Positions 51,810 to 64,000 of a stretch of 64,000 nucleotides of DNA are shown piece after piece. Under the pieces are notes generated by a model that saw only the letters and a list, made by a program, of their open reading frames with translations, was not told where the DNA came from and made no database searches. Each line of letters opens with the position of its first letter. The stretch's first letter is position 1. The stretch spans positions 17,360,001 to 17,424,000 of the forward strand of contig OX597824.1 in NCBI GenBank assembly GCA_951406725.2, given 5' to 3'. A program made the position numbers and the translations under genes. This stretch comes from Octopus vulgaris (Eukaryota).

Positions 51810-54170
51810 GGAGGAATTTCAACCGTGTTTCGTGGTCTGCTACCACAACAGCTCCTTTATAGGATCCAGTTAGCTCAAGACATCATCAGGAGGAACCACG
51901 TCTGATTTCGGGCCCTACTCCTCTACCGTTTTGACGTGGTGGCCCTCCCCTTTCGGGGGTGTCTTGAGCTCTAGTGTTGGGTACGCGTTTTCTTTCTTCT
52001 TTCTTCTTTTTATTCCGCTGACCTCGTCTGCACCACTTCAGGATGTTGGTTCATCCGGTATTGTGGAGGGGAGGATGTTTTATTCCTTTTCGAAGACATA
52101 TACTTCCAGCTTATGCAGATTTTAAAATTTTTTTCTGACAGTACATTGAAGAGCTGTGGGCCTTTGTCTCTAGACTATTGCAGTACCTTGTCCTGAATTT
52201 AGATAGAGTAGATAGTACCTTTGGCACAAAACAACGGCGACCAATTCTGGCATTTGTATAACACTCAATGCCGAAATTAGGTACTAGACTTTCTAGAATT
52301 TTCCATGTGTAGATTATAACATATCTCTGACACCTTCGCTCCACTGAATAAAATTGCTCATTATGTAGCTCATCCACTGCACTATTTCAATGTTTTTAGT
52401 GTAGTGGAGTTGAACTGCTTCAAGCTCTGCAACTAGTCTGGCACTATGTGATGACCATAACTGTAAGCAGTAGTTCAGGCGGCTGAGAACAAAGGCTCTC
52501 CACAGGGTCAACATAGTTTCTTGCTCTCTTGTCTTGAAGGACCTCTGTATCCATCCTACCAGTTGTCTGCATTTTGCTGTCAAATTGCTAAGGTGCATAT
52601 AAATAATGCATCATTGCACATACTGATTCACACACTGGATGTGACTCTGGGATTGTAGTGCCTTCATTTTCTGTATATGTAGGTTGTAGTGCATTCGTGA
52701 GTTGATAGCACAGTGCTTGAAAATTTCCCTCATTAAACTGCACGTACTTTTATTTTTCGGCCCACTTGTTTATCGAATCCAGGTCCCGCTGTAAGCTTGT
52801 GATGTCATTTTTTATTGCCTGTGATAATCTTGTATCGTATAATTGGCATAAATAGTGACAGTGGGCATGTCTAAGAGAGCTATTGTAAACAGTAGTGGCC
52901 CCAGAACAATTCCAGTGGGGACGCCACATAGGATTTTAGTTTCCTCAGAAAGGGTACCGTTGGCTGCAACTGACTTCTGTTTTCAAGGAAGTCATGCAGC
53001 TACTCTCCCAATTTACCAGCAATACCTATTTCTTTACTACCTACAAGGGGCCAAACACAGAGGGGACAAACAAACGGATTAAGTCGATTACATCGACCCC
53101 AGTGCGCAACTGGTACTTAATTTATCGACCCCGAAAGGATGAAAGGCAAAGTCGACCTCGGCGGAATTTGAGCTCAGAACGTAACGACAGACGAAATACG
53201 GCTACGCATTTCGCCCGGTGTGCTAACGATTCTGCCAGCTCGCCGCAATGCCAAGGTATGGTAGCGCATGACATATGCCATGATGTACCTTATCAAATGC
53301 CTTTGCAAAGTCAAGGTATATCACGCTGACATCTGAATGATCAAGTAGCTGTTTCAAAATCCACTCATAGTGCTGTAGGAGTTGTTTGAGGCAGCTTCTT
53401 CCCGAACGGAAGCCATGCTGTGTATTGTTCAGCAGGACATTTTCTTTTAGGAACATTGTCAATTTCTGTCTGATGATTCGCGTCATGAGTTTACTGATAT
53501 GTGAAGTCAGAGAAATTGGCCTCTGTTTTTGGCCTCTGCTCTGCTACCATCTTTGTGGATAGGGCATACAATACCTTCTTTCAGTTTTTTTAGGAAGTAT
53601 ACCGCATGCAAGGAAACTTTGGAAACGTATCTGAAGTGGTTTCGCTAAAGCCTGTTTACATGATGTTAGGAGGATAGCTGGGAAGCCATAAAGACCAGTT
53701 GGGCAGCATGAGCTCATTACATCTATGGCCGCTGTTACATTATGTCTCCGCAATATCGATGTAATCGATGGCTGGCGCATCTTTTTTCAGAGCTGCAATA
53801 TTAAAGAATTCAGCTGGAGTTTTTTTTATTTGTATGCGTCCAAGGGGAGAAGTGAAGACACTTTTAAATTGTTCACTGAGTGTATCTCTTATCCTTTCTG
53901 GGTCCGCTGAAGTGAATCATTCCCTTGGAACAATGGGCCTATTTTATATTGCATTGTGGCTGTTTCCTTTGCGAATTTATTGAAAGCGTTGGTATTTGAT
54001 TTTATGCTGTTCACAGCTAATTCTCTCTCTCTCTCTGCTCTGCTCTTTAGTGAGAGTTTGATTTCGTTTTCGATTTCTAGGAGTGTCCGTATTAAGATAG
54101 ACTTCTCCCTGTCCTTCAGTTGCTTACTCAGCCGCTTTGAGACATTTTTTAGAGCTGCAATATCAAACAA
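51810..54170 (-). pseudogene. CR1-clade LINE, 5'-truncated decayed ORF2 (RT) with 3' UTR and (AAT)n tail
   Basis: QHGFRSGRSC, YLDFAKAFDKV, LGIAGKLG, GVPxGxVLGPLLF, QFNEGKFQAL, LNYCLQLWS, IYTWKILE, TIPDEPT. Confidence 0.9.
53024..53244 (-). mobile_element. SINE B inserted into the CR1 RT
   Basis: GCAAT duplicated at 53019-53023 and 53245-53249; removing the SINE restores LGIAGKLGE. Confidence 0.9.
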
Positions 54171-54277
54171 TTAAGACGAATACATTATTTGCATGTATTT
54201 AAGGGAAGAAGTGGATACACTTTTACATCTATCTATCTATCTATCCGTCTATCTATCTCACTATCTATCTATTTACG

Positions 54278-54308
<31 letters not shown>

Positions 54309-54639
54309 ATATATATCTATAATATAAATTGGTCATGGGCGATCGTTGTATTCTTTCTTTCTTCAGGTTCACAGCCAAACGGCTGGGTGGATTCCTATCA
54401 AAAAATAGTACAAAGATGCATAGACTGGAATGCAGTTTGAATTTTTTTCCTAGCCCCATACTTACCGAGAAAATCGATTAAAACTTTTTTCTAATGGAAT
54501 TCTTCTCTTTCTTCTGCCATTAAAACAACCAGTTGCTTAAAAGCTGTTTTCTGACTGGGTGAGGCCAGGAAGTTTTCATACAGCTGGAGTCTCTAATCGG
54601 AACAGGGGACCCAAAATGATAAGATTGAGAAATTTCCTT

Positions 54640-54776
54640 GGTTTTGTGTTTATGTTTTCGTTTCTCATTGTGTTTCACGTTTTTTTTGTGTCCTGTACCC
54701 ATATATGCATGTATATATACATGTAGAGGTAGGTACGTACATATATGTATGTATATATGCAAATGTTTTATTTATT

Positions 54777-54782
<6 letters not shown>
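54640..54782 (+). repeat. Dispersed repeat with an inverted copy at about 61890-62038
   Basis: GTTTTGTGTTTATGTTTTCGTTTCTCATTGTG...TCCTGTACCCATATATGCATG is shared. Confidence 0.8.
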
Positions 54783-54809
<27 letters not shown>

Positions 54810-54967
54810 AATACATATCCATATATAAATGTGTGTGTGTATATATATTTATATGCTATACATACACACACACATACATACACACACATACATACATACA
54901 TCCATCCATCCATACATACATACATACATACATACATACATACATACATACATACATACATGCATAT

Positions 54968-55345
54968 AGGAGAAGATGTGGCTGTGTGGTAAGAAGCTTG
55001 GTCCCAAAACATGGTACCGAGTTCAGTCCCACTGCATGGAACCTAGAGCAATTGTCTTCTACTATTTTCTCGGGCCGACCAAATACTTGTGAGTGTATTT
55101 GTTAGACGGAAACTGAAAGAAGCCCGTGGTATAATGTATATATGTATGTATGTGTGTATCCGTCTGTCTGTTTGCCTACCCCCACATTCGCTTGACAACT
55201 GATTTTGGTGTGTCTGCGTCCCCGTAAATTTGCGGTTCGGCAAAAGTAACCGATAGAGTATGTACTAGACTAACAAAGAATGCCCTGCCTGGATCACTAA
55301 AGCGGTGATCCAGCATGGCCGCTGAGAGATGATTGAAACAAAAAA
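54968..55345 (+). mobile_element. SINE A, diverged
   Basis: Colinear with the 1631 copy. Confidence 0.85.
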
Positions 55346-55406
55346 AAATGAATGAAATAATATATATATATGTGTGTGTGTGTATGTATGTATGAATATA
55401 TGTATG

Positions 55407-55439
<33 letters not shown>

Positions 55440-55447
55440 TTGTATGT

Positions 55448-55520
<73 letters not shown>

Positions 55521-55694
55521 CAGATACATGAGTCGATCAAAAAATAAGCAAAAATATGTACCATGTAGGGTTTACGAATGTATTGTTGTCTTAGACCTCC
55601 ATCCGTCTGCGATCAAGAAAGGAAGATGAGAAACTCAAAGCAGTGGTGAAGCGATACATCTGCTTCAAATATATATTAATCATATATGTACACT

Positions 55695-55758
<64 letters not shown>

Positions 55759-56094
55759 TATATATATATGGGGGTGTATATGTGCGTGCGTGTGTGTATG
55801 TGTGCGTTTGTATGAAAAAGAAAGTCATCTGTAGATCTCACATAAACGAAATGGCAAAACGTTTAAAAATAGATGGTAAGAGAAATAAACCTGAAAAACA
55901 ATGTAGCAAAATACATTGTGAATAAGATAAGACAAAGTTGATGATGCAATGTCAGTACCTAAGATATCAGTATTCCATAACGGCTGAATATTGAAGTATA
56001 AGGTAGAGAATACGGGAGGCGGCGGCGGAATATGGGAGGAGGTTGTTCTCCGGTGAATAAGTTCCGCATATGTACTGAAGGTAACAGAGGGAGG

Positions 56095-56126
<32 letters not shown>

Positions 56127-56334
56127 GGGTGGGGTGGGAGGAAATATAGATCAAAGGCATCATGTAATGTCAACATGCAGCGATGCAATTTCTCGTTAGT
56201 AAATTGGGAAAATATAATAACGAAAACAAAGGAACAACAGCTAAATACGAACGCATGCGCATGCTTACTCACACATATATCCGCAAACGCATAACCGTAT
56301 ATGCAACTATATGTGTTATATATATATATGCATG

Positions 56335-56383
<49 letters not shown>

Positions 56384-56384
56384 G

Positions 56385-56439
<55 letters not shown>

Positions 56440-56687
56440 ATATAGATGTAGTGTATGCATGCATTGTACTCATGTTTTGTACGTATGTGATACGATGGAG
56501 AATGAAATATATTTTATATTCCCGATGGTATCAAGGGTCTATTTATCTTTGAATTTTATTCTCGATATTCTTCTTCGCGTTGATTCAGCTGTTGCTGCTA
56601 CTGCTGCTGCTGCTTACTGCGCATGGGCATAATTGTGCAATTCGTTTCACATTGTGTATCCATTTGCTCTATGCTAGATCGCTTCAT

Positions 56688-56795
<108 letters not shown>

Positions 56796-57605
56796 ACATA
56801 TATATATGTATATATATACATATATATATTTACATATACATATACATATACATATATATATATATATGCATACATATATATATATATAAATATATATACA
56901 TATATACATATGTATATATATATATGGGTATGTATATATATATGTGTGTTTGTGTCTATGGATATATGGTAAGAGAGAGAGAGAGAAAGAGAGACAGACA
57001 GACAGAAAGACAATCAGAGAAACAGATGGATAGATAGATAGATACATACATACATACATACATACATACATACATACATACATACACATATGCGTATATT
57101 TTTGTGTGTATGTGTGTGTGTACCTGCCGCTATTTCGAGATATTTATCTGGAGGTAGTCAAAAATAGTTCTGTGGAATGTTATTCCTTTTAGAAATCAGA
57201 ATATAACAGAAATGTTTAAAGAATGGTTGATACATGATTTTTGAGATAAAGATATGATTGGATGTCCGTGTGGGTATCAACGAGCGTGCGCAAGTATGTA
57301 TGTAGTGGCGTGTGTTTATTTCTACGCATGGCTATGCGTGTGCGTGTATGTGCGTGTGTTTGTTTGCATGCGCACTTCATTTGATATCTTAGAGATGAAG
57401 AATAACGAAGAGATTGAAACAATTATATATATATATATGTATATATATATTTATTTATCTATATATATATATATATATACGAGCAATCTAGAGATAGAAA
57501 TATTTTCCATCAAATAAACTGAAACCAAATAATCGTTATGAATAAACATGCATACATATATATGCATACATGTCTATATTTCTCTTCCTCTCTCTCTCTC
57601 TTTCT

Positions 57606-57651
<46 letters not shown>

Positions 57652-57726
57652 GTCTGTCTATCTATCTACCTGTCTATCTATCTATCTATCTATCTATCTA
57701 CCCGTCTCCCTATTGACTTATGTATG

Positions 57727-57793
<67 letters not shown>

Positions 57794-58328
57794 TATATAC
57801 ATGTAGTATATCATATATTTATTTATATATAGAGGAAGGGAGCGAGAGAGAGCGAGAGAGAGAGAGAGGAGTAGATAGTGAGAAAGAGAACCATACGCAC
57901 ACATACAAGACATATTTACATGTTTGTGTGAGGTGTATTTATGTATATATATAATAGCAACAGGTACATAGTTTTATATTAAACTTTAAATTTTTATACC
58001 ATCGTATTTATAAGTCTTATGACATCTTACAATGTATTATCTCTGTCCTTGTAGCAATCATCTCATCCAGATGAAAATACGATACAACCATCATCGTTTA
58101 GCATACAATTTCCTTGTATGATAAGCTGTAATGTAACTTTACATAATATGAATTATACCGCAACGTCTACGAACGATTCAGGTACAGTTTTATATCGTGT
58201 ACTTATGTTCAGTCATACACATGTATGTATATATAAGTCTACGTACATCCCTAATATATATTGCTACATAAATAGAGAGAAAGATAGATAGATATGTATG
58301 TACATCTATGTATATGCATATACAAATA

Positions 58329-58366
<38 letters not shown>

Positions 58367-58581
58367 TAAAATATAATAAAATATCATATAGATATATAAT
58401 ATTAAAATACATATGGGGGCGAAGCAAGCTTCTTACGACATACCCACTCCTTTGCCTGTGTATATAAATATACATACATATATATATATATACATACACA
58501 TACATTTATATACATATTTATATACATATATATTTGGTTATTTATTTCTATATATATATGTATATATGTATAAATGTATAA

Positions 58582-58666
<85 letters not shown>

Positions 58667-59194
58667 TGTATGTATGTATGTATGTATGTATGTATGCATA
58701 TTTCTTCATACCTTCGAGTACTTTTAGAGTACAAGGTTGTTTTTGAAATGCAGTTAAAAATAAGGCACACATAATTGTATAAGGATTCCTTTCATATTGA
58801 TTGCATCAACAAGTTGCTTCCTGATTTTATTGTTTGTTTGTTTTTATCCAACTCTGCTACGATCCAGCAGACTTTTTGTTGGAGGATATTACATTATAAT
58901 CATCTTCTGCTTGTTTGTGTGACATATCGCTTTTAGGACTGTTTTTTTATCAACTGATGCATGCATTCTTTAGGACACGGATTGACGTCTTCGTGTGTGT
59001 CATTGAGTTTACAAAATGGTGGAGAATTTCAACGTAACGTTAAGTGTTTTTAGTGATTGTGATGTACTTTTAGAATCAAATGTGTCTATCGCATACGGTT
59101 TGTACATTGTACACACTTCAAGCTAACTGAGCTCATCGGGTATATAACATATATACGTAAACATATATATATATATATATATAACTTTTTTTAA

Positions 59195-59348
59195 GTGGCT
59201 GTGTGGTAAGTAGTGTTTACCAACCACATGGTTCCGGGGTCAGTCCCATTGCGTGGCACCTTGGGCAAGTGTCTTCAACTATAGCCTCGGGCCGACCAAA
59301 GCCTTGTGAGTAGATTTGGTAGACGGAAACTGGAAGAAGCCCGTTGTA

Positions 59349-59386
<38 letters not shown>

Positions 59387-59598
59387 TGTGTGTCTGTGTT
59401 TGTCCCCCTAGCATTGCTTGACAACCGATGCTGGTGTGTTTATGTCCCCGTTACTTAGCGGTTCAGCAAAAGAGACCGATAGAATAAGTACTGGGCTTAC
59501 AAAAGAATAAGTCCCGGGGACGAGTTGCTCGATTAAAGGCGGTGCTCCAGCATGGACGCAGTCAATGACTGAAACAAGTAAAAAGAGAAAAAAGAGAG
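59195..59598 (+). mobile_element. SINE A, full length
   Basis: Colinear with the 1631 copy. Confidence 0.9.
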
Positions 59599-59692
59599 TA
59601 CCGATAATGGTTATATCTACCTACCAAAATCTACCCGTAAATGATTGTTGGTTTTTTAAAAAATTAATAACTATTTACCCTTATATTATATA

Positions 59693-60080
59693 CTAGCAGT
59701 ATCGCGCGGTGTTGCTCGGGTTTGTAAGGGAAATAACTATACAGCATTTTTAGAGAGTTATAGCCAAAAAATAGCCAAAAGATGCATTAAAAATGGAAAA
59801 AATATGATGTTAATTTTTTTTTTAAATCGTTGACTCATCGTAGACATTTTTAGAGAGTTACTCCCCTTTAAAAAAATATGCATGAAAATGGAAAAAATGA
59901 TGGAAAATTATTTTTAAAATCCTATACTCATCGTAGACGCGCGCTAATACGCTGAAGGGTTTGATATGAATCACGACTATAAGATACCCGGTTTTGGTTA
60001 AACTGCACCGCAAAATGTGGGAGTAGTTAGGAATCTAAATCGAAGGGGACAGACACTCACACAACTACAGTTTTATATAT
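59693..60080 (-). mobile_element. Non-autonomous Helitron, reverse orientation
   Basis: A|CTAGCAGTATCG...; reverse complement of the 34839 copy. Confidence 0.85.
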
Positions 60081-60410
60081 TATATATATATGTGTGTGTG
60101 TGTATAGTCAATAGAAATTAACAAAAAATTCAAATAAGAGAATAATAAACGAAAAGAGAACAAAAACGTCGAACGTGAGGAGGTGCACAAAACGTGCATT
60201 TGCTTGGAGCTTGGTGAGAAGATTCTCTATGGTCTTACCACTAAGAAAGCAATGTTTTCGAGAGGATTTAGTAAACTTCAGAACGTGATCGAGCGATATA
60301 AATGAAATGATAAAAAATATAGATTAATCAAAAACCAGGTTTCCTTGTTATCCCTTGCGTAATCATCCCCGTGCTGGTATGAGTTGGAATGGAAAGAACT
60401 GAACAGCGGT

Positions 60411-60524
60411 AGAGATGTAAACACATTTTTTTTCATTTTTCTCTCTTCCTTCTTTCTTTCCTTCTCTTTTCCATTGACACCCTTTTCAAATACACAGGCA
60501 CCCACACACACACGCACACATACA

Positions 60525-60569
<45 letters not shown>

Positions 60570-60838
60570 TCTCAATGGACAATGATAAAAAGATATCCAG
60601 ACAATTTTTTGAAAAATAACTTTTGTCAAAGCAAAAAAAAAACACTTTGGAGTAGCCACCTGGTTTTGCCATTTTTAAAGGCCAAGAACCACTTTCTATT
60701 GAAAGAAATGACCAGCTGTATAGATGTAAACGCATTATTTTCTTCTTTCTCTCTTTCTTCTTTCTTTCCTTCTCTTTTCCATTGACACTTCTTTCAGATA
60801 CAAAGGCACTCACAAACACACACAAAAACACACGCACT
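60411..60838 (+). repeat. Diverged direct repeat of about 110 bp, period about 310 bp
   Basis: AGATGTAAAC...CTTTTCCATTGACAC...CAxATACAxAGGCAC at about 60411 and 60722. Confidence 0.75.
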
Positions 60839-61105
60839 CTCTCTCACTTTCTCCCCATTTCCCACCCTCTTTTACTATCCTATATATCTCTCCACCCCTA
60901 CACACTGAATAATACTATAAAAAGAGAGAAACTCTTCAAAAAATTCAAATCTGAAGAATCCACTAGAGTGGATGCGAGCGCTAATATATGATTTATAAAA
61001 ACATGTGATATATTAATAAAAATCTGTAAATATAAAACCATCCAGATTTCTGAGTAGCTTATTTCTTCTAATATATAATACATGTACATCACCTCCAAAC
61101 CTTCT

Positions 61106-61432
61106 ATTTAGAAATAGTAGTTAAACTACTATTTTACAACCATAAGATATCTCCTAGACAGCAATATTCAACAACTCACGCAGGTAAGGAGAACAAAATA
61201 TCGAATCTACCCGTCTTTGATTAACTGTATACGCGTTTCGGAGTTAAAGATATGTAAAAAATAAAAGAATTAACATTTTTTTACATCTCTTTAACTCGGA
61301 AACGTGTATACAGTTAATCACAACCGGGTGGATTCGTTATTTTTTCACTTTACCTGCGTGAGTTATTGAGTATTGCGGTCTGGAAGTTTTTCCAATGGTA
61401 GTGAAATAGTATTCTAACTGCTATTTCTAAAT
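61106..61432. repeat. Diverged foldback, arms about 155 bp, loop about 13 nt
   Basis: AACTCACGCAGGTAA..GATTAACTGTATACGCGTTTC..GAGTTAAAGA versus its reverse complement. Confidence 0.85.
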
Positions 61433-61574
61433 TTCGGTATGTGGTGAAACCAATTTTGCTGAACCCTAATTATAATTATACTCATAATTACAGAAGTTTT
61501 GTATAGGTTTACCGATAATCGTTCTTTTAACATACAGAACTACTTGGTAAAATTATTACTTGGTAAAATTATAA

Positions 61575-61822
61575 CGCGACACTTTCCCATCCACGATACG
61601 AGACGGAGCGATGGCTCGAAATGAGACAAAGTTGAGGGCAGAGATGTCAAATTCTCTAATACACAAGATGGGCGATCGAAAGTCTTGATTGGACCAAATC
61701 AGCTGGCGGAGAAGAGCCATGCAAAGAACGGGCAAAGAACACAGCATAAGGAGGGAAATTTATGGTGGTGCTCTGGAACGACCGCAGCCACTTGGCTGAA
61801 ACGAAGAAATAAATAAATAAAT
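61575..61822 (+). mobile_element. CR1-like LINE 3' end
   Basis: DTFPSTIRDG...RAEMSNSLIHKM (CR1 C-terminus-like), tail GGTGGTGCTCTGGAACGACCGCAGCCACTTGGCTGAAAC then (TAAA)n. Confidence 0.65.
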
Positions 61823-62280
61823 ATATATATATATATAGAACAAGCTTACTTAGAAATGGATGCGTGCGTTCTGTCGTATAATAACAAATTAATAAATAAA
61901 ACATATGCCTATATACATACATATATGTACGTATCTACATCTACATGTATATACACATGCATATATGGGTACAGGACAGCAAAAAAAACAAAAACATCGA
62001 ACACAATGAGAAACGAAAACATAAACACAAAACCAAGGAAATGGACATTTTTTCTTAAACAACGAAAAATACATATATATATATATAAATATATGTATGT
62101 ATATAATATATAATCAGAAAATTGAGTAGACTTTTGATCAACAAAAAACAAATTGAAACACATCGGATGATTATTTTTTAATACAAAACATGACATAAGA
62201 TTTACCGATAGTAAATACGAGTATTATTACAACCGCTAACTCTGCTTACCTATATATATATACACACATATATATATATA

Positions 62281-62495
62281 GTTAATCCAAACAAGAAAAC
62301 ACAAAAAAAAAACAAAGAAACACAACAACGCGAGGACGTGGAACAAATAAAGTATTATTGGACGCTCCGGAAAGAAGGGAAGAAGGAGGGTTTAACGTTT
62401 CGAGCGGAGCTCTTCGTCGGAAACATAGGAGAAGGAAAGATCCCGAGAAGGGAAGACAGAGGAAAAAAATCGCCAGTTGTACTCAGGATGTCACA
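62281..62495 (-). mobile_element. Family E copy
   Basis: Minus strand GTTT-CCGACGA-AGAGCTCCGCTC-GAAACGTT-AAAC. Confidence 0.75.
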
Positions 62496-62599
62496 TATAC
62501 ATATGTATGTATATATATATATATATATGTATTGATATATATACATATATACTGATATATATATACTTATCTAGATACATATCTATATACACATACATG

Positions 62600-62985
62600 C
62601 AGCTTGCTTACCGACCACATGGTTCCGGGTTCAGTCCCACAACGTGGCACTTAGGGCAATTGTTGTCTACGATAGCCTCGAGCCCACAAAGGCCTTATGA
62701 GTGGATTTGGTAGACGGAAACTGAAAGAAGCCCGTCGTATATATGTATATGTATGTGTATATTTGCGTGTGTTTGTGTGTCTACGTCTGTGTCCTCCCCA
62801 CCAACATCACTTGACAACCGATGCTGGTGTATTTATGTCCCTGTAACTTGGCGGTTCGGCAAAAGAGACCGATGGAATAAGTACTAGGCTTAGAAAGAAT
62901 AAGTCCTAGAGTCGATTTCCTCGACTAAAGGCGGTGCTCCAGCATGGCCGCAGTCAACTGATTGAAGCAATTAAAAGAGTAAAAG
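62600..62985 (+). mobile_element. SINE A
   Basis: Colinear with the 1631 copy. Confidence 0.88.
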
Positions 62986-63014
62986 AGATACATACATAAA
63001 TACATACATGCATG

Positions 63015-63092
<78 letters not shown>

Positions 63093-63274
63093 GAGAAAGA
63101 AAGAGAGAGAGATAGGTATAGATATATAGTCTTGCTTGTATAATAATAGTACACAGCGTTCAATACTGATATTAGAATGTTAAGAGGCGTTGAAATCTAA
63201 TAATTATATGTGTGTGAGTACAGCATGTACTCACGCAAACATATATACACATACGCACACACCAACATACACAT

Positions 63275-63306
<32 letters not shown>

Positions 63307-63539
63307 CCACTCACACGTTCACGATCAGATTCGTACACAAAGACATAGAGAAAGGGCACGAGAGAATGAGATAAAGTTGGGGGATAAAATAGATAGAGAG
63401 ATCTAATTTGGAATAGAAAACACTACAACTGATGCATATTTAGTGATGAAAGCACTCATATGATCAGTATGAGATACACAGTCCTCTTGTGCCCTCTGTC
63501 TCTTCCTCAAAAGCTCTTTGACCCATCTTTCTCCCTCTC

Positions 63540-63586
<47 letters not shown>

Positions 63587-63664
63587 ATTCTCTGTTTTAT
63601 TTCCGTATACAAACATATATACATATACATACACATACGTACATATATTTAGTTACATATGGTA

Positions 63665-63736
<72 letters not shown>

Positions 63737-63768
63737 TCTTCTCTCCGGTTATAAATACATTATGTGTA

Positions 63769-63818
<50 letters not shown>

Positions 63819-64000
63819 ACGAATGATTCTGTATGTGCCGATACATTTCTTTAATATACGGATTCTATTCAAATCCAAAAGTTTGTTTCAAAAGAGTACA
63901 TCTAATAAGATAATCCACATTAATGGAAAAGTTCTTAGTCTTCCTTGAATTTCGGTTGCAAAACGTATTGTTTGTTGAAAATTACAATGTCGGCTTTCCT

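Noticed and set aside
51872-51970. Canonical hammerhead or SECIS element
   Set aside because: GAAA lies in a tetraloop and there is no correctly placed NUH site or SECIS AUGA/GA core; kept only as an unknown structure
53780-54170. About 25-bp direct repeat (TTTTT.AGAGCTGCAATAT) inside the CR1 fragment
   Set aside because: Too short to interpret; likely a local rearrangement of the dead LINE

Overview
AT-rich eukaryotic DNA made almost entirely of repeats. The SINE families and the density of (TA)n/(ATT)n tracts look like an Octopus (cephalopod) genome; this is inferred from recognition, not from a search. No intact host gene is visible, and nearly all listed ORFs are microsatellite artefacts. 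Contents: three tRNA-derived SINE families (called A, B and C here), non-autonomous TC...CTAG Helitrons, a full-length decayed mariner (17244-18531), a decayed Penelope-like element (RT plus GIY-YIG), CR1 LINE fragments, HERO-like and R4/Dong-like 3' fragments nested in (TAA)n tracts, and an 8.5-kb satellite of 43-bp units with a 94-monomer higher-order duplication. The most notable unexplained pattern is a recurrent set of short foldback (inverted-repeat) elements whose arms resemble Penelope terminal repeats. Several carry minimal hammerhead-ribozyme cores, and their loops hold captured cargo: a tRNA-like Pol III head, a copy of nearby flanking DNA, or a decayed RT. All coordinates were counted by eye.
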